A stretch of 63,719 nucleotides of DNA, counting the filler, from Octopus bimaculoides (Eukaryota): NCBI RefSeq assembly GCF_001194135.2. It is 4 parts of 4 records of this genome, joined end to end, with 100 filler letters (N's around TTAATTAATTAA, not from the genome) between each part and the next. Parts side by side here need not be neighbours in the genome. Positions count along the whole stretch, not along the records: positions 60,103 to 63,719 come from NC_068987.1; 3 more parts are not named here. One strand, written 5' to 3'. Shown here piece by piece: positions 62,407-63,719 of this stretch. The notes beneath the pieces are model-generated. The model did not search any database and was not told where the DNA came from. It saw nothing but the letters and a program-made list of their open reading frames with translations. The number at the start of each line of letters is the position of its first letter. Positions within the stretch are counted from its first letter, which is position 1. Position numbers and translations under genes: made by a program.

Positions 62407-63552
62407 TATATATATATATATATATATATNNNNNNNNNNNNNNNNNNNNNNNNNNNNNNNNNNNNNNNNNNNNNNNNNNNNNNNNNNNNNNNNNNNNNNN
62501 NNNNNNNNNNNNNNNNNNNNNNNNNNNNNNNNNNNNNNNNNNNNNNNNNNNNNNNNNNNNNNNNNNNNNNNNNNNNNNNNNNNNNNNNNNNNNNNNNNNN
62601 NNNNNNNNNNNNNNNNNNNNNNNNNNNNNNNNNNNNNNNNNNNNNNNNNNNNNNNNNNNNNNNNNNNNNNNNNNNNNNNNNNNNNNNNNNNNNNNNNNNN
62701 NNNNNNNNNNNNNNNNNNNNNNNNNNNNNNNNNNNNNNNNNNNNNNNNNNNNNNNNNNNNNNNNNNNNNNNNNNNNNNNNNNNNNNNNNNNNNNNNNNNN
62801 NNNNNNNNNNNNNNNNNNNNNNNNNNNNNNNNNNNNNNNNNNNNNNNNNNNNNNNNNNNNNNNNNNNNNNNNNNNNNNNNNNNNNNNNNNNNNNNNNNNN
62901 NNNNNNNNNNNNNNNNNNNNNNNNNNNNNNNNNNNNNNNNNNNNNNNNNNNNNNNNNNNNNNNNNNNNNNNNNNNNNNNNNNNNNNNNNNNNNNNNNNNN
63001 NNNNNNNNNNNNNNNNNNNNNNNNNNNNNNNNNNNNNNNNNNNNNNNNNNNNNNNNNNNNNNNNNNNNNNNNNNNNNNNNNNNNNNNNNNNNNNNNNNNN
63101 NNNNNNNNNNNNNNNNNNNNNNNNNNNNNNNNNNNNNNNNNNNNNNNNNNNNNNNNNNNNNNNNNNNNNNNNNNNNNNNNNNNNNNNNNNNNNNNNNNNN
63201 NNNNNNNNNNNNNNNNNNNNNNNNNNNNNNNNNNNNNNNGGGGAGAGAGGGGGAGAGAAAGTATCTTTAAGTAACAATATGTAAGGGTGTGTGTGCGTGT
63301 GAGTACCTGTTGGTATTCTGTATATGTATGTGTATACGAAAGCGTGTATGTGAGTTTGTGTGTACATGAGTCTATGTGTGTGTATGCGTGTGTGTATTTC
63401 TGTATGCAAGCACTCATAAGTGTGTGAGTGAGTATGAGTGTGAGTGCTGGGTGTTTGTATGTTTGAGTGTGTGTATGTGTGTTTGAGTGAGTGTGTGTGA
63501 GTGTGTGCATGTAAGTAGGCGCATGCAAATGTTTGTGTGAATGTGTAGGCGT

Positions 63553-63587
<35 letters not shown>

Positions 63588-63719
63588 AGTGTATGTGTGC
63601 GTGTATGTGCGTGCGTGTGTGTGCGTGTGTGTGTGTGTGCATGTCGTCTGCGAGTGTGCCTGCACATATGAAGTTGTGCATACGTGTATGTGTACGTGTG
63701 AATTATGTGCGTCTGCGAG

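Noticed and set aside
4157-63681. Long ORFs made of X runs or VC/HT/YI/poly-H/S/I repeats
   Set aside because: Artefacts of N gaps and di-/trinucleotide microsatellites.

Overview
AT-rich, microsatellite-dense and gap-rich eukaryotic genomic DNA. The repeat families look like those of an octopus genome (inference from recalled repeat consensi, not a database search). No prokaryotic features such as CRISPR arrays, operons or rRNA/tRNA genes are supported. One host gene is recognisable: three minus-strand coding exons of the ubiquitin-conjugating enzyme UBE2S (56490-56680, 52600-52733, 47342-47495). They splice in frame through canonical GT-AG sites to give the HPN/active-site-Cys core and the basic ...KKKVLKRL* tail. 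The exon(s) for the first ~50 aa are not in the sequenced part. The rest is a transposon graveyard: a DD37D maT element with both TIRs, a Hsmar1-like mariner, Tigger/pogo, Helitron, hAT-like and RTE relics, CRE- and HERO-type RLE retrotransposon fragments, several MITEs and about 25 SINE copies. The most notable structures are: two Penelope-type hammerhead ribozyme folds carrying core mutations; three long diverged palindromic/foldback elements within 9.0-12.4 kb; a local templated, partly inverted copy of intronic RTE sequence inserted into a SINE; three tandem amplifications of TE parts; and a CpG-depletion footprint over the UBE2S gene body. I found no convincing novel protein-coding system. 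Nearly all ORFs in the supplied track are microsatellite, gap or antisense artefacts.
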